DNA of 64,000 nt from an archaeon (GCA_043822065.1 JBDRCC010000007.1:32001-96000), one strand, 5' to 3'; counted from the stretch's first letter, positions 1 to 12,445 are shown. The notes: a model not told the origin generated them from the letters alone. Program-made: numbers and translations.

Positions 1-1478
1 TGCTGAAAAAAGAACCAAATCCCATCCTCGTGGCGTACTTTAGGAGCAACTCACTGGTTGAGCACCATGTTTCTTCGTTTAATGACTTCTTAGACCGCGG
101 GCTCCAGAGCGTAATTGACGAAATCAAGGTAATCGAGCCGGAGCTAGAAGACTATTACATAAAGCTCGGAAAGATATTCGTCGACGAGCCGGTTTCGAAG
201 GAGGCGGACGGAAGCACCAGGAAAATCTACCCGAATGAGGCAAGGCTCAGGGACAGGACCTATTCCGCGCCGATAACCCTTGAAATGACTGCTGTTGAGG
301 GCGGGGAGGAGCAGGAGACCATGAAAGTGGTCATTGGCAAGCTCCCAATCATGCTCAAGTCAAAGAAGTGCCTCCTGGCCGGGATGACCGATGACGAGCT
401 CATCCGTGTCGGGGAAGACCCGCAGGACCCGGGCGGCTACTTCATCATAAACGGGACCGAGAGGGTTTTAGTCCTTGTTGAGGACCTCGCATCAAACCGG
501 ATTCTTGCCGAGCACAACAACACGACCAACACAAACGTCGCAAAGATATTCTCCGCGCGCGGCTGGTACAGGCGCCCCTGCACCCTTGAAGTCCGCGGCG
601 ACTCGTCACTCAAATTCCTGTTCCCGCCCCTGGCCAAGCCGGTCCCAGTCTTCATAGTCCTGAAGGCACTCGGCCTCAAGACAGACCGCGAGCTGTTCGA
701 CTCTGTAACGAAGGACGCTGCAGTCCAGCAGGAGCTCCTCGTTGCGAACGAGGAGGCGGCAGAAGTCGTGACCGTCTCTGATGCTCTTGACTTCATCGGC
801 AAGCGCGTGGCAGTCGGGCAGCAGAGGGAGCAGAGGATTGAGCGCGCAGAGCAGGTCCTGGACAAGTACCTCCTCCCGCACGTCGGAATGGAGCGCGCAG
901 ACAGGGCGGCAAAGGCATATTTCATAGGCAAGATGGTCGAGAAGCTCCTCATGTTCAATATTGGAAAGATTCCAGCAGACGACAAGGACCACTACGCAAA
1001 CAAGCGCCTCAGGCTCGCAGGCGAGCTGATGGAGGACGTATTCCGCGTCGCGTTCCGGGGGCTCGTCGCAAACGCAGTATACTCACTTGAAAAGGCAGCC
1101 CGCAGGGACCGCAAGGTCGCAATAAGGACTGCAATCCGATCATCGCTTCTGACCGAGCGCATAGGCCACGCAATGGCGACAGGCGCGTGGGTCGGAGGGC
1201 GGCAGGGAATCTCCCAGCACCTCGACAGGCTCAACCACCTATCGACGCTTTCACACCTCAGGCGCGTAAGATCGCTCCTTTCTAGGACCCAGCCGCACTT
1301 CGAGGCAAGGGACTTGCACGCAACCCACTGGGGCAAGATTTGCCCGAACGAAACTCCGGAAGGCTCAAACATCGGGCTTGTCAAAAACCTCGCGCTTCTG
1401 ACCGAGATAACAAATCAAGTGGACGAGAAGCCAATTGAAGACGCCCTCATAGAGCTTGGCGTGCGGAGGGCATGGTAA
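1..1478 (+). CDS. rpoB2: DNA-directed RNA polymerase subunit B'' (Rpo2N); ATG probably begins 1 nt before the window
   Basis: Motifs YPNEARLRDRTYSAP, DPGGYFIINGTERV, CPNETPEGSNIGLVKN; frame is open back to position 1 ((A)TG CTG AAA...). Confidence 0.97.
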   Translation, partial: LKKEPNPILVAYFRSNSLVEHHVSSFNDFLDRGLQSVIDEIKVIEPELEDYYIKLGKIFVDEPVSKEADGSTRKIYPNEARLRDRTYSAPITLEMTAVEGGEEQETMKVVIGKLPIMLKSKKCLLAGMTDDELIRVGEDPQDPGGYFIINGTERVLVLVEDLASNRILAEHNNTTNTNVAKIFSARGWYRRPCTLEVRGDSSLKFLFPPLAKPVPVFIVLKALGLKTDRELFDSVTKDAAVQQELLVANEEAAEVVTVSDALDFIGKRVAVGQQREQRIERAEQVLDKYLLPHVGMERADRAAKAYFIGKMVEKLLMFNIGKIPADDKDHYANKRLRLAGELMEDVFRVAFRGLVANAVYSLEKAARRDRKVAIRTAIRSSLLTERIGHAMATGAWVGGRQGISQHLDRLNHLSTLSHLRRVRSLLSRTQPHFEARDLHATHWGKICPNETPEGSNIGLVKNLALLTEITNQVDEKPIEDALIELGVRRAW

Positions 1479-3280
1479 TGGCAAGCATATTCGTGAACGG
1501 CAAGTTTGTCGGACAGCACGAAAAGCCAGCCCAGCTGCTGAAGTCCGTAAAGGAACTGAGGCGCGATGGCAAGCTTCCGGGCGGAATCAGCATCGCACAC
1601 TACGCTGACCTGGACGAGATACAGATAAACACAGATGCGGGCAGGATACGGCGCCCTCTGCTTGTCGTCACCGGCGGCAAGTCGCCAATCACCCAGGAGA
1701 TAAACGACAAGCTCAAGAGCGGCCAGCTGACAATCGCAGAGCTCATAAGGCGTGGAATACTCGAGTACCTTGACGCAGAAGAAGAGGAGAACGCCTACAT
1801 CGCCCTTCACGCGAGGGACCTGACAAGCGAGCACACCCACCTTGAAATCCACCCAGAGACAATCTTCGGCATAAGCACAGGGATAATCCCTTACCTTGAG
1901 CACAACCAGGCGTCAAGGGACAACCTCGGCGCTAACATGTCCAAGCAGGCGCTCGGGATGTACGCCGCGAACTTCCACCACAGGGCAGACACCCAGCGGC
2001 ACATCCTCCATTACCCGCAGGCGCCGCTCGTGACAACCGAGATAGGCGAGGTTCTGAAGGTATGGAACAGGCCGTCCGGGCACAACGCAGTTGTGGCAGT
2101 CCTTTCCTACGAGGGCTACAACATGCAGGACGCACTCATACTCAACAAATCATCCTGTGACCGGGGATTCGCGCGCTCTACCTTCTACCGCACCTACGCG
2201 ACCGAGAAGATAAGGTATGCTGGCGGGCAGGAAGATGACATAATGACCCCTCCTGAGGACGTCTCAGGCTACAAATCGGAGCGGGCGTACCGGTTCCTTG
2301 ACGAGGACGGAATAATCACGCCAGAATGCGACATTGAGGCTGGCGACGTGCTCATTGGAAAGACCTCCCCTCCGCGGTTCCTTGAGAGCCTTGAGGAGTT
2401 CGGCGCCGCAGTCACGAAGAGGCGCGAGAGCAGCGAAGTGGTCAAGCACGGCGAGAGGGGCACGGTCGACATAGTCGTCCTGACAGAGACCGAGGACGGA
2501 AACAAGCAGGTCAAGGTAAAGCTCCGCGACCTCCGGGTCCCAGAGCTCGGTGACAAGTTTGCGTCCCGCCACGGGCAGAAGGGCACAGTGGGGCTTCTTG
2601 TAAACTCAGAGGACATGCCTTTCACAGAAAACGGCGTAGTCCCAGATGTCATAATCAACCCGCACGCCATCCCGAGCAGGATGACCGTTGCGCAGCTGCT
2701 CGAGACCATCGCCGGCAAGGTCGGCGCCATGGAGGGCAGGTACATCGACGCAACCGCGTTCTCAGGCGAGCCCGAGGCTGACCTTAGGAAGGCGCTCGAA
2801 AAGCTCGGCTTCAGGGACAACGGCAAGGAAGTCATGTACAACGGGATAACCGGCGAGAAGTACGAGGTTGAGATATTCATTGGCGTCGTCTACTACCAGA
2901 AGCTAAAGCACATGGTCGCAGACAAGATACGCGCAAGGTCAAGGGGCCCCGTGCAGGTTCTCACCCGCCAGCCTACAGAGGGCAAAGCCCGCGAGGGAGG
3001 GCTCAGGGTCGGAGAAATGGAAAAGGACTGCCTTGTCGCCCACGGCACTGCCATGCTGCTCAAGGAGCGGCTGCTCGAGGAGTCAGACAAGACGCAGGTT
3101 CCAATCTGCCTGTCATGCGGGATGACCGCGATATACGACCGGTACCGCGACATAAAATACTGCCCGCTCTGCGGAGAGGACACAAACGTCCAGCTCGTGG
3201 AGATGTCATACGCATTCAAGCTCCTCCTGGACGAGCTCAAGTCAATGTGCACGTACCCAAGGCTGGAGATAGGTGATTAG
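1478..3280 (+). CDS. rpoB1: DNA-directed RNA polymerase subunit B' (Rpo2C)
   Basis: GDKFASRHGQKG, NPHAIPSRMT, RQPTEGKAREGGLRVGEME, C-terminal Zn ribbon; TAATG coupling to upstream gene. Confidence 0.98.
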   Translation: MASIFVNGKFVGQHEKPAQLLKSVKELRRDGKLPGGISIAHYADLDEIQINTDAGRIRRPLLVVTGGKSPITQEINDKLKSGQLTIAELIRRGILEYLDAEEEENAYIALHARDLTSEHTHLEIHPETIFGISTGIIPYLEHNQASRDNLGANMSKQALGMYAANFHHRADTQRHILHYPQAPLVTTEIGEVLKVWNRPSGHNAVVAVLSYEGYNMQDALILNKSSCDRGFARSTFYRTYATEKIRYAGGQEDDIMTPPEDVSGYKSERAYRFLDEDGIITPECDIEAGDVLIGKTSPPRFLESLEEFGAAVTKRRESSEVVKHGERGTVDIVVLTETEDGNKQVKVKLRDLRVPELGDKFASRHGQKGTVGLLVNSEDMPFTENGVVPDVIINPHAIPSRMTVAQLLETIAGKVGAMEGRYIDATAFSGEPEADLRKALEKLGFRDNGKEVMYNGITGEKYEVEIFIGVVYYQKLKHMVADKIRARSRGPVQVLTRQPTEGKAREGGLRVGEMEKDCLVAHGTAMLLKERLLEESDKTQVPICLSCGMTAIYDRYRDIKYCPLCGEDTNVQLVEMSYAFKLLLDELKSMCTYPRLEIGD

Positions 3281-5794
3281 ATGATACGCTCTATTAGATT
3301 CTCACTGCTGAGTCCGGAGCTGCTGCGCAAGATGAGCGTCGCTAAGATTGTCACCCCTGACACCCACGACGCAGACGGCTACCCGATAAAGGGAGGGCTC
3401 ATGGACCCGAGAATGGGTGTAGTAGACCCAGGCCTCAGGTGCAGGACCTGCAGGTGCAGGATGGGCGACTGCCCAGGGCACTTCGGCCACATCGAGCTCG
3501 CAAGGCCCGTCCTCCACGTCGGATACGCAAAAAATGTTTACGAATTCCTCCGCTGCTTCTGCAGGAAGTGCGGACGGGTCCTCGTGCCTGAGAAGGAGAT
3601 AATCGAGCTGCACAAGGCGGTTGAAGAGGGCGAGGAGAAAGCCCGCATCTCTGATGCGACCCTCAAGGCAGCCCGCGACACGAAGAAATGCCCGCACTGC
3701 GGGGAAAAGCAGATTAAAATCATGTTCGAGAAGCCGACCGCGTTCTTTGAGGACAAGGACAGGCTCACCGCGACCGACATCCGCAAGCGGCTGGAGAAGA
3801 TATCGAATGAAGACCTCGAGATTCTCGGCATAAGCTCGAAGGACGCCAGGCCGGAGTGGATGATTCTGACAATTCTTCCGGTTCCGCCCGTAACTACAAG
3901 GCCGTCAATCACGCTTGAGAGCGGCGAGAGGTCTGAGGACGACCTGACCCACAAGCTTGTCGACATACTCCGGCTAAACCAGCGGCTTGCAGAGAACATC
4001 GAGGCAGGCGCACCGCAGCTCATACTTGAGGACCAGTGGGAGCTTGTCCAGTATCACGTCACTACTTATCTCGACAACGAGGTCTCCGGAATCCCGCCCG
4101 CAAGGCACAGGTCAGGACGGCCGCTGAAGACAATCGCCCAGAGGCTTAAGGGCAAAGAGGGCAGGTTCAGGTACTCGCTCGCAGGAAAGCGGGTTGACTT
4201 CTGCGCAAGGACGGTCATTTCCCCAGACCCGAACCTCAGGATTGACGAGGTAGGCGTGCCAATCCGAATCGCAAGGGAGCTCACCATACCTGAGCGCGTA
4301 ACCCAGTACAACAAGGACTTCCTTGTCAAGATAGTCAAGAACGGCGAGAATTATCCGGGTGCGAACTACGTCATCCGCGCAGACGGCAAGAGGCGCAGGA
4401 TAAACAACGAGAACTCAGAGGAGGTCTCCAAGGAAGTGGACACCGGCTTCACAGTCGAGAGGCACCTTGTCGACAATGACATAGTCCTGTTCAACCGGCA
4501 GCCCTCACTCCACCGGCTTTCAATCATGGCTCACCGCGTAAGGGTCCTCCCCGGAAACACATTCCGGCTCAACCTCTGCGTCTGTTCGCCATACAACGCC
4601 GACTTTGACGGGGACGAAATGAACCTCCACGTTCCTCAGACAGTTGAGGCCCGCGCAGAGTCGCTGATGCTCATGGGCGTGAACTACTCACTCCGCTCGC
4701 CAAGGTTCGGCGGCCCGATAATAGGCTGCATACACGACCACATAACCGGCGCATACCTTCTGACAAACGACAAGATGGTCCTCTCACGGGAGAAGGCTGC
4801 GCAGATTTTTGGAGCCTGCGGCATGGTGCTGGAGGGCGAGAAAGAAAAATACACTGGAAAGGAAATCTTCTCCATGCTCCTGCCGGACGACATGAACCTG
4901 GAGTTCAAGTCAAAGTTTGGCGAGATGGTCACAATAAAGAACGGCAAGCTCGTAAGCGGCGTGATTGATGACAAGGCAATCGGCGCATTCTCAGGGATTA
5001 TACTAGATTACATGATAACCAAGTACGGCTGTGAGTTCGTCGCCAACTTCCTCAACAAGTTTACAATAATCGCGATAGCTATTGCTGCCATGATTGGCGT
5101 TACAAACGGCCTTGACGAGGAGGACCTGCCGCCGAAGGCGCTCGAGGAGATAAAGTCATTGCTCGATGACACAGAGAAAAAGGTTTCAAAAATTGTCAGC
5201 ATGTACCACGAAGGCTCCCTGAAAATCCTGCCTGGCAAGACCCTCCAGGAGACGCTCGAACGGAAAATCATGTCCACCGTCAATAAAGGAAGGGACGCGG
5301 CAGGCAAAGTATCCGAGTCATACCTCAAGGAAAACAACCAAATCGCAATCATGGCAAGAACCGGCGCTAGGGGAAACATACTCAACATAACCCAAATGAG
5401 CGCATGCCTTGGCCAGCAGGCAGTCAGGGGCCAGAGGATAAACCGGGGATACCGCACTAGGACTCTTCCGCACTTTAGGGAGGGCGACCTCGGGCCGCGG
5501 GCGCACGGGTTCGTAAGGAGCTCATACAAGACCGGGCTTGGCCCGATTGAGTTCTTCTTCCACGCGATGGGCGGAAGGGAGTCTCTCACAGATACTGCAA
5601 TGAGGACGCCGAAGTCAGGCTACCTCCAGAGGCGGCTTATAAACGCGACCCAGGACCTTAAGGTCGAATACGACGGCACAGTCCGCGACAACAGCGGCAC
5701 AATCATCCAGTTTGAATACGGCGAAGACGGGGTCGACACAAGCAAGAGCGATCTCGGAACAGTAAAGCTCGAGAAGGTGTTTGGAACAAAATGA
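3281..5794 (+). CDS. rpoA1: DNA-directed RNA polymerase subunit A' (Rpo1N)
   Basis: Catalytic NADFDGD, N-terminal [10 protein letters not shown] Zn site, bridge helix near the C-terminus. Confidence 0.98.
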   Translation: MIRSIRFSLLSPELLRKMSVAKIVTPDTHDADGYPIKGGLMDPRMGVVDPGLRCRTCRCRMGDCPGHFGHIELARPVLHVGYAKNVYEFLRCFCRKCGRVLVPEKEIIELHKAVEEGEEKARISDATLKAARDTKKCPHCGEKQIKIMFEKPTAFFEDKDRLTATDIRKRLEKISNEDLEILGISSKDARPEWMILTILPVPPVTTRPSITLESGERSEDDLTHKLVDILRLNQRLAENIEAGAPQLILEDQWELVQYHVTTYLDNEVSGIPPARHRSGRPLKTIAQRLKGKEGRFRYSLAGKRVDFCARTVISPDPNLRIDEVGVPIRIARELTIPERVTQYNKDFLVKIVKNGENYPGANYVIRADGKRRRINNENSEEVSKEVDTGFTVERHLVDNDIVLFNRQPSLHRLSIMAHRVRVLPGNTFRLNLCVCSPYNADFDGDEMNLHVPQTVEARAESLMLMGVNYSLRSPRFGGPIIGCIHDHITGAYLLTNDKMVLSREKAAQIFGACGMVLEGEKEKYTGKEIFSMLLPDDMNLEFKSKFGEMVTIKNGKLVSGVIDDKAIGAFSGIILDYMITKYGCEFVANFLNKFTIIAIAIAAMIGVTNGLDEEDLPPKALEEIKSLLDDTEKKVSKIVSMYHEGSLKILPGKTLQETLERKIMSTVNKGRDAAGKVSESYLKENNQIAIMARTGARGNILNITQMSACLGQQAVRGQRINRGYRTRTLPHFREGDLGPRAHGFVRSSYKTGLGPIEFFFHAMGGRESLTDTAMRTPKSGYLQRRLINATQDLKVEYDGTVRDNSGTIIQFEYGEDGVDTSKSDLGTVKLEKVFGTK

Positions 5795-7068
5795 AGGCAG
5801 ACTTTGAGACAATAAAGGCGAGGCTTCCTCCGAAGATACTCTCCCAGGTAGAGGCGCACATAGCCGACAACAAGATTTCAGAGTCCAAGCAGGGTGACAT
5901 TTACTCAAAAGTCTACGAGCTATACAAGTCATACCGCGTCCAGCCGGGCGAAGCGGTTGGCACCATTGCTGCCCAGAGCATAGGCGAGCCTGGCACGCAG
6001 ATGATGATGCGGACGAAGCACTACGCCGGGGTCGCGATGGAAGTAACCAGGGGTCTGCCGAGGCTGATTGAGATATTCGATGCGCGCTCGATACCCTCAA
6101 CGCCGAGCATGGAAATCCACCTCGAACCGGAAATGGCGAAGAGCGAGGAAAAGGCAAAAGGGTGCGCAAACAAAATAGTCCAATCCTCAGTCAACCAGCT
6201 TGCGAAGTCAATAGAGATAGACTTTGGCCAGGCAAGGGTCGTAGTCAAGTTCGACCAGAACATGCTCAAGGAGCGGGCCATAGATGTCCTCGACACCGTC
6301 AAGCACCTCAAGAACGAGCTGAGGCACAAAATCGGGATAGAGGGCACCGAGGTTTACGTCCAGGCGAGAAAATCGTCCGCAGCGTCCCTTTATGCGCTCA
6401 GGGACAAAGTAAAGAACGCAAGGATTGCGGGCGTATCCGGAATCGAGCACGCGGTGCTCCAGGAAACCGGCGGCGAATTTATCATCTACACCAGGGGCTC
6501 AAACCTGAAGGACATACTAAACCTTGAATTCGTCTTGAAGGGCACGACAATCACAAACGACCTCTATCAGGTAGAAAAGGTCCTCGGCATTGAGGCGGCA
6601 AGGGCCACTATAATAAAAGAGGCGACCGAAACGCTTAGGGACGCGGGCTTGGTCGTCGACGCCAGGCACATCATGCTAGTCGCAGATGCCATGTGCGCAA
6701 CAGGCTCTATACAAGCTATTGGAAGGCACGGTGTTTCAGGCGATAAGGGCTCAGTCCTTGCGAGGGCAAGCTTTGAGGAGACAGTAAAGCACCTGCTACT
6801 TGCCAGCATATACGGCGAGTCAGACTATCTTAGGGGAGTCGTCGAGAACGTCATCGTCGGGCAGGTCGTCCCAGTAGGGACCGGTCTGCCGAAGCTCGTA
6901 ATGAAGTCGGGCGACGAATCAATCAAGACAATCCAGCCAGGCAGGCAAGCTCCAGCCCAGGCGCCGGCAGAGGAAGCCCCTCCTGCGGAAGAAGAAAAGC
7001 CAGAATCTGGCGAAGAAGAGCCAGAGCAAAAAGCTAAAAAAGGCAAAGGTACAAAGTCAAAGTCCTGA
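5791..7068 (+). CDS. rpoA2: DNA-directed RNA polymerase subunit A'' (Rpo1C)
   Basis: [46 protein letters not shown]; acidic/basic tail. Confidence 0.98.
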   Translation: MKADFETIKARLPPKILSQVEAHIADNKISESKQGDIYSKVYELYKSYRVQPGEAVGTIAAQSIGEPGTQMMMRTKHYAGVAMEVTRGLPRLIEIFDARSIPSTPSMEIHLEPEMAKSEEKAKGCANKIVQSSVNQLAKSIEIDFGQARVVVKFDQNMLKERAIDVLDTVKHLKNELRHKIGIEGTEVYVQARKSSAASLYALRDKVKNARIAGVSGIEHAVLQETGGEFIIYTRGSNLKDILNLEFVLKGTTITNDLYQVEKVLGIEAARATIIKEATETLRDAGLVVDARHIMLVADAMCATGSIQAIGRHGVSGDKGSVLARASFEETVKHLLLASIYGESDYLRGVVENVIVGQVVPVGTGLPKLVMKSGDESIKTIQPGRQAPAQAPAEEAPPAEEEKPESGEEEPEQKAKKGKGTKSKS

Positions 7069-7073
7069 TTCAT

Positions 7074-7376
7074 ATGAACCTAGAAAACGCACTCAGAGCG
7101 GTAACGAAGACGGGAAAGGTGCAGATAGGCTCCAGGGCAGCCCTTAAAAATTCCAGGTCCGGGGCGGGCAAGCTCATAATCCTGTCGCAGAACTGCGTAA
7201 CTGAGACATTCTTCGGAGTGAAGCAGAACGCAGAGCTGACCAAGGTTCCAGTCTTCGTTTTCGAGGGTACGAGCAACGACCTGGGGACAGCATGCAAGAA
7301 GCCATTCCCGATTTCGGCTATAACCATCTTCGAGTCTGGCGATTCTGACATACTGGACCTTCTGAAGAAAAAATGA
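7074..7376 (+). CDS. rpl30e: 50S ribosomal protein L30e
   Basis: KTGKVQIG, DLGTACKKPF, GDSDIL; canonical position after rpoA''. Confidence 0.95.
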   Translation: MNLENALRAVTKTGKVQIGSRAALKNSRSGAGKLIILSQNCVTETFFGVKQNAELTKVPVFVFEGTSNDLGTACKKPFPISAITIFESGDSDILDLLKKK

Positions 7377-7798
7377 CGATAACCCTAGACAAGGCGACGA
7401 TTGAGTGCATAGGCCTTTTTCAGGGCATAACAACGGCAGCGGTCAGGGACTGCATCCTTGAGCCGACCCGCGCAGTCTATGTCGTCGAGGAAGGGCAGAT
7501 TGGTTCGGCAATCGGCAGGGACGGCGCAAACATCCATGCCGTCAGGTCAAGGGTCGGAAAAAGCGTCAAAGTTTACGAGTACAGCCCGGACCCAAAGAGG
7601 TTTATAGTGAACCTCCTTGACGGAGTCGAGCCGTATGAGATAACTATAAAAAACAACACGGCGTACATCACGATCTCAGCCGAGGACAAGGGGCGCGTTG
7701 TCGGAAAGGACGGAAAGAATATAAAGTCGCTCACAAAAATCCTTGAGCGCCAACACAACATAAGCAGCATAACAGTCAAGACAAAAACAGAGATATAA
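7373..7798 (+). CDS. nusA: Archaeal NusA (two KH domains)
   Basis: AIGRDGANI and [12 protein letters not shown] GxxG loops; synteny. Confidence 0.95.
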   Translation: MTITLDKATIECIGLFQGITTAAVRDCILEPTRAVYVVEEGQIGSAIGRDGANIHAVRSRVGKSVKVYEYSPDPKRFIVNLLDGVEPYEITIKNNTAYITISAEDKGRVVGKDGKNIKSLTKILERQHNISSITVKTKTEI

Positions 7799-8235
7799 TG
7801 GCAAAGAAATCAAGAGGGCTCTTCGCAGCAAGGAAGCTTGAAAGCAGGCGGAAGAAGTTCAAAAACTCTGACAAGGACTGGAAGGTCCGGGCGCTAGGCA
7901 TTAGAATGAAGTATGCCCCCCTCAAGGGCGCGCCAATGGGCAGGGGAATAGTCATCGAGAAAGTAGGCCTTGAGGCAAAGCAGCCGAACTCCGCAATCCG
8001 CAAATGCGTAAAGATCCAGCTAATCGCCTCCGGCAGGCAGGTAACTGCGTTTGCCCCGGGCGTTGGCGCGATAAACTTCATAGATGAGCACGACGAAGTC
8101 GAAATCGATGGAATTGCCGGCGCAATGGGCAGGTCCATGGGCGACATACCGGGAGTCCGCTTCAAGGTCACAGCTGTAAACGGCGTATCCCTTAGGGAGC
8201 TCGTCAGGGGCAGGAAGGAGAAGGCCAGAAGGTAA
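7798..8235 (+). CDS. rps12: 30S ribosomal protein S12 (uS12)
   Basis: [20 protein letters not shown]. Confidence 0.98.
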   Translation: MAKKSRGLFAARKLESRRKKFKNSDKDWKVRALGIRMKYAPLKGAPMGRGIVIEKVGLEAKQPNSAIRKCVKIQLIASGRQVTAFAPGVGAINFIDEHDEVEIDGIAGAMGRSMGDIPGVRFKVTAVNGVSLRELVRGRKEKARR

Positions 8236-8237
8236 AG

Positions 8238-8840
8238 ATGATAGTCAAAATATTCAACAAGTGGGAAACGACCGGGATAGAGTTCAGGGACCCGGGGATA
8301 AAGGAGTATATTTCGCTTTCTGCAGTTATTGCCCCCACTTCCGGCGGAAGGCACGCAAAGACCCAGTTCTGGAAGGCCAAGATGTCAATCGTCGAGCGGC
8401 TAGTGAACAAGCTTACAGTCACCGGCCACCTGAAAGAGGGCAGGGTCCACAAGCGCACTTCAGGCAGGGACACTGGAAAGAAAATCACAAGCTACAACTC
8501 AGTCAAGGGCGCATTTGAGGCCATAGAGGCAAAGACGAAGGAGAACCCAATCCAGGTTCTAATCCGGGCGATAGAGAATGCAGCCCCCATAGAGGAGACA
8601 ACCGCGTTCAGGCAGGGCGGAATAATCGCAAGGAAAGCAGTCGACCTCGCCCCCTCGCGCAGGCTTGACCTCTCGCTTAGATTCATATCCCACGGCGCAG
8701 GCCAGAGGGCGTTCAGATCCAAGGCCACCCTCTCCGAGGCGCTCGCCGCAGAGCTAATCTCCGCAGCAAACAACGATAACAAGACCTATTCAATACAAAA
8801 GAAAGAAGAGACCGAGCGCGTTGCAGTAGGCGCAAGGTAG
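8238..8840 (+). CDS. rps7: 30S ribosomal protein S7 (uS7)
   Basis: IVERLVNKL, NPIQVLIRAIENAAP, KKEETERVA. Confidence 0.98.
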   Translation: MIVKIFNKWETTGIEFRDPGIKEYISLSAVIAPTSGGRHAKTQFWKAKMSIVERLVNKLTVTGHLKEGRVHKRTSGRDTGKKITSYNSVKGAFEAIEAKTKENPIQVLIRAIENAAPIEETTAFRQGGIIARKAVDLAPSRRLDLSLRFISHGAGQRAFRSKATLSEALAAELISAANNDNKTYSIQKKEETERVAVGAR

Positions 8841-8906
8841 GGCTAATTCCGTCCGACTAAATCTTTAAAAACTAAACCCCCATATCTATCGTTGCCTTCG
8901 AGAAAC

Positions 8907-8914
8907 TATATAAA
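8907..8914 (+). promoter_or_regulatory. Putative TATA box for EF-2/EF-1a
   Basis: TATATAAA preceded by purine-rich GAGAAAC in the 138-nt rps7-fusA gap. Confidence 0.5.
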
Positions 8915-8978
8915 GAAGGGGAAATAATCTGTCGAATATCCTGGTTTAGCAGGCTATTTTAGGTTATACCGGAATACA

Positions 8979-11159
8979 ATGGGACGACGTGAACAAATGA
9001 TTGCGGACGCGGCGAAAATGAGCCGCGACCCGCTGCACATAAGGAACATTGGGATAGTGGCACACATCGACCACGGCAAGACCACCTTATCTGATTCGCT
9101 CATAGCGGGTGCAGGCCTGATGTCCGAGGGGCTTGCGGGCAGGCAGCTCGTCATGGACTCATATGACCTCGAGCAGCAGAGGGGAATCACAATATTCGCC
9201 GGCGTGGCATCCATGGTCCACGAGTTTAAGGGCCAGAAATACCTTGTAAACCTCGCCGACACCCCCGGGCACGTCGACTTTGGCGCTGAAGTAGTCAGGT
9301 CGATGCGGGCAGTCGACGGAGTCATTGTAGTCGCATGCGCGGTCGAAGGCGTGATGCCGCAGACCGAAACCGTCATCCGCCAGGCTCTCGAAGAGAGGGC
9401 AAGGCCGCTCCTTTTCATAAACAAAGTTGACCGGCTCCTGAACGAGCTCAAGCTCACTCCGGAGGAGCTCCAGAACCGGTTCCTGAAGACAATCAACGAG
9501 GTCAACAAGCTTATCCGGAGCATGGCTCCAGACGACCTCAAGGAGAAATGGCAGGTCAACGTAAACGATGGCTCCGTCGCGTTCGGCTCGGCTTACCACA
9601 CCTGGGCGCTGAACGTCCCGGTAATGAAAGAGAAGAAAATCACATTCAAGGACATAATCGACACTTACTCCAAGCACGGCTCAAACCTCGAAGCCGCCGC
9701 CGAGGAGCTGTCCAAAAAGGCCCCATCCTACCAGGTTCTCCTTGACATGGTCGTAACGCATCTTCCAAATCCACTCGTCGCCCAGAAGTACCGGATTCCA
9801 AAAATCTGGAGCGGGGACATATCCTCTGAACTCGGGAAGAGCCTTGTAAACTGCAATGCAGACGGCCCGCTCGCATTCATGGTAACGAAAGTCAATGTCG
9901 ACCCGCAGGCTGGCGAGGTCGCCACAGGGCGCCTTTTTTCAGGGACTATCAAGCCTGGAATGGACATAAAATATGTCACTGGGAAGTCAACAGGCAGGAC
10001 CCAGCAGATAAGCCTCATGATTGCAAACGAGAGGTACAACGTCGATGAGGTCTCAGCAGGCAACCTCGTAACCGTATCAGGCCTCAAGAATGCAATCTCC
10101 GGCGAGACCATCTGCGAGGTAGGCACCGAGATGGAGCCGTTCGAGTCCATCCACCTCTCTGAGCCGGTCATTTCCAAGGCCGTCGAAGCGAAGAACACGA
10201 AGGACCTGCCAAAGCTCATCCAAGTCTTAAGGGACCTTGAGAAAGAGGACCCCTCAATGAAGATTCAGATAAATGACGAGACCGGCGAGCACATAATCTC
10301 CGGCATGGGGGAGCTCCACCTCGAAATCATCGAGCACAGGATAACAAAGGACAGGGGCGTCCAGATTATCACCTCCCCTCCAATCGTCGTTTACCGGGAG
10401 ACTGTCGCAAAGGGCGCAGGCCCGATTGAGGGCAAGTCCCCGAACAAGCACAACAAATTCCTTATCGAGGTCATGCCCGTCGAGGAGAGCATAATAAAAG
10501 CCATTGACTCCGGCGAGCTGGACCTCACCCGGCTCAAGGGCAAGGAGCTCGCTACCTCCCTGATACAGTTCGGGATGGAGAGGGACGAGGCAAAGAGGGT
10601 TAAGGCGATACACGGGACCAACATACTCGTAGACGCGTCGAAGGGAGTTCAGAACCTCTTTGAGACAATGGAGCTGGTAGTCCAGGCATTTGAGGAGGCA
10701 ATGGACTCAGGTCCGCTTGCAAGGGAGAAAGCGGCACGAGTTAAGGTAAGGCTTACCGATGCGTCCCTCCACGAGGACACAATCCACAGGGGTCCGGGGC
10801 AGGTAATCCCGGCAGTAAAGGACGCTATATACTCAGCAATGCTGCAGGCAGCTGCCGGCCTCATAGAGCCGAAGCAGAAGATTTATATCCGCGTCCCGCA
10901 GGACTACATGGGTGCGGTTACCCGCGAGCTGCAGTCTAGGCGCGGGCAGATACTTGACATGAACCAGGAAGGGGATTTATCGATCATTGAAGCTAAGGCC
11001 CCAGTTGCCGAGATGCTCGGATTCGCGTCAGCGATCCGCTCGGCGGCAGAGGGCAGGGTTCTTTGGAGCACTGAAAACGCAGGTTTTGAGCTGCTTCCGA
11101 GAGAGCTTCAAGATGACGTTGTCCGGAAAATCCGGCAGCGTAAAGGTATAGGAGGTTAA
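8979..11159 (+). CDS. fusA: Elongation factor 2 (aEF-2)
   Basis: [34 protein letters not shown], diphthamide loop IHRGPGQ. Confidence 0.98.
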   Translation: MGRREQMIADAAKMSRDPLHIRNIGIVAHIDHGKTTLSDSLIAGAGLMSEGLAGRQLVMDSYDLEQQRGITIFAGVASMVHEFKGQKYLVNLADTPGHVDFGAEVVRSMRAVDGVIVVACAVEGVMPQTETVIRQALEERARPLLFINKVDRLLNELKLTPEELQNRFLKTINEVNKLIRSMAPDDLKEKWQVNVNDGSVAFGSAYHTWALNVPVMKEKKITFKDIIDTYSKHGSNLEAAAEELSKKAPSYQVLLDMVVTHLPNPLVAQKYRIPKIWSGDISSELGKSLVNCNADGPLAFMVTKVNVDPQAGEVATGRLFSGTIKPGMDIKYVTGKSTGRTQQISLMIANERYNVDEVSAGNLVTVSGLKNAISGETICEVGTEMEPFESIHLSEPVISKAVEAKNTKDLPKLIQVLRDLEKEDPSMKIQINDETGEHIISGMGELHLEIIEHRITKDRGVQIITSPPIVVYRETVAKGAGPIEGKSPNKHNKFLIEVMPVEESIIKAIDSGELDLTRLKGKELATSLIQFGMERDEAKRVKAIHGTNILVDASKGVQNLFETMELVVQAFEEAMDSGPLAREKAARVKVRLTDASLHEDTIHRGPGQVIPAVKDAIYSAMLQAAAGLIEPKQKIYIRVPQDYMGAVTRELQSRRGQILDMNQEGDLSIIEAKAPVAEMLGFASAIRSAAEGRVLWSTENAGFELLPRELQDDVVRKIRQRKGIGG

Positions 11160-11164
11160 GACAC

Positions 11165-12445
11165 ATGGCGACCAACAAGCCACACATGAACTTGGTCTTC
11201 ATCGGACACGTAGACCACGGGAAATCCACCACAGTCGGGAGGATTCTCTTCGAAAAGGGAGTCATCTCAGAACAGGTGATTAAGAAATACGAAGACGAGG
11301 CTGCGAAGTCCGGTAAGGCAACGTTCAAGTTCGCGTGGGTAATGGATGCTATGAAAGAGGAACGTGAGCGGGGTCTTACAATAGACATCGCGCACAGGAG
11401 ATTCGACACGGACAAGTACTACTTTACCGTCATCGACGCTCCCGGCCACAGGGATTTCGTGAAGAACATGATCACGGGCACCTCGCAGGCCGACGCAGCT
11501 GTCCTTGTCATCGCCGCAAACGACGGTGTCATGGAACAGACGAAGGAGCACGCATGGCTCGCCAGGACTCTTGGGATACAGCAGCTGATAGTTGCTATGA
11601 ACAAGATGGACACGGTGAACTTTGACGAAAAGGTGTACAACGACCGCAAGAAGGAAATAGAGAGCCTCCTCAAACCGATTGGCTACAAGATGGAGAATGT
11701 CCCCGTCGTGCCGATAGCCAGCTATGCAACAGCCGAGAACCTTACTCAGAAGGCTGGCGCAAAGATGGGCTGGTACAAGGGTCCATCCATCATTGAGGCG
11801 CTCGATGCGCTTAAGGAGCCGCCCAAGGCGACAGACAAGCCGCTCAGGCTGCCCCTCCAGGACGTCTACTCCATAACCGGAGTCGGCACAGTCCCGGTAG
11901 GCAGGGTTGAGACCGGCGTAATCAAGCCCGGCATGAAGATTGCCTTCGAGCCGGCGGGCGTGACTGGCGAGGTCAAGACCGTGGAAATGCACCACGAGCA
12001 GCTCTCGCAGGCAGGTCCGGGCGACAACGTAGGCTTCAACGTAAGGGGCGTCGGCAAAGACGACATCCGCAGAGGAGACGTCGTCGGGCCGGCAGAAAAC
12101 CCGCCAACGGTTGTAGAGGAGTTTACGGCGCAGATAGTTGTTTTAAAGCACCCGTCTGCAATAACCGTAGGCTACACTCCTGTGTTCCACGCACACACGA
12201 CACAGTGCGCGTGCACCTTTACTGAACTGACAAAGAAAATTGACCCGAAGAGCGGCCAAGCGGTTGCGGAGAACCCGGACTTCATAAAGACCGGCGACGC
12301 TGCAATCGTCAAGCTGAAGCCATTACAGCCACTCGTGCTGGAAAAGGCTTCTGACTTCCCGCCACTCGGAAGGTTTGCAGTCAGGGATTCGGGTGCAACT
12401 GTCGCAGCCGGTGTTGTGCTGGACATAGTCCCGAAGAAGAAATAG
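11165..12445 (+). CDS. tuf: Elongation factor 1-alpha (aEF-1a)
   Basis: [39 protein letters not shown]. Confidence 0.99.
   Translation: MATNKPHMNLVFIGHVDHGKSTTVGRILFEKGVISEQVIKKYEDEAAKSGKATFKFAWVMDAMKEERERGLTIDIAHRRFDTDKYYFTVIDAPGHRDFVKNMITGTSQADAAVLVIAANDGVMEQTKEHAWLARTLGIQQLIVAMNKMDTVNFDEKVYNDRKKEIESLLKPIGYKMENVPVVPIASYATAENLTQKAGAKMGWYKGPSIIEALDALKEPPKATDKPLRLPLQDVYSITGVGTVPVGRVETGVIKPGMKIAFEPAGVTGEVKTVEMHHEQLSQAGPGDNVGFNVRGVGKDDIRRGDVVGPAENPPTVVEEFTAQIVVLKHPSAITVGYTPVFHAHTTQCACTFTELTKKIDPKSGQAVAENPDFIKTGDAAIVKLKPLQPLVLEKASDFPPLGRFAVRDSGATVAAGVVLDIVPKKK

Noticed and set aside
1-7068. Inteins in RNAP subunits (also checked aIF5B at 61841-63592)
   Set aside because: Lengths are normal or short and there are no intein-type insertions.
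10765-10810. Loss of the diphthamide site in EF-2
   Set aside because: The HRG motif is intact ([12 protein letters not shown]).
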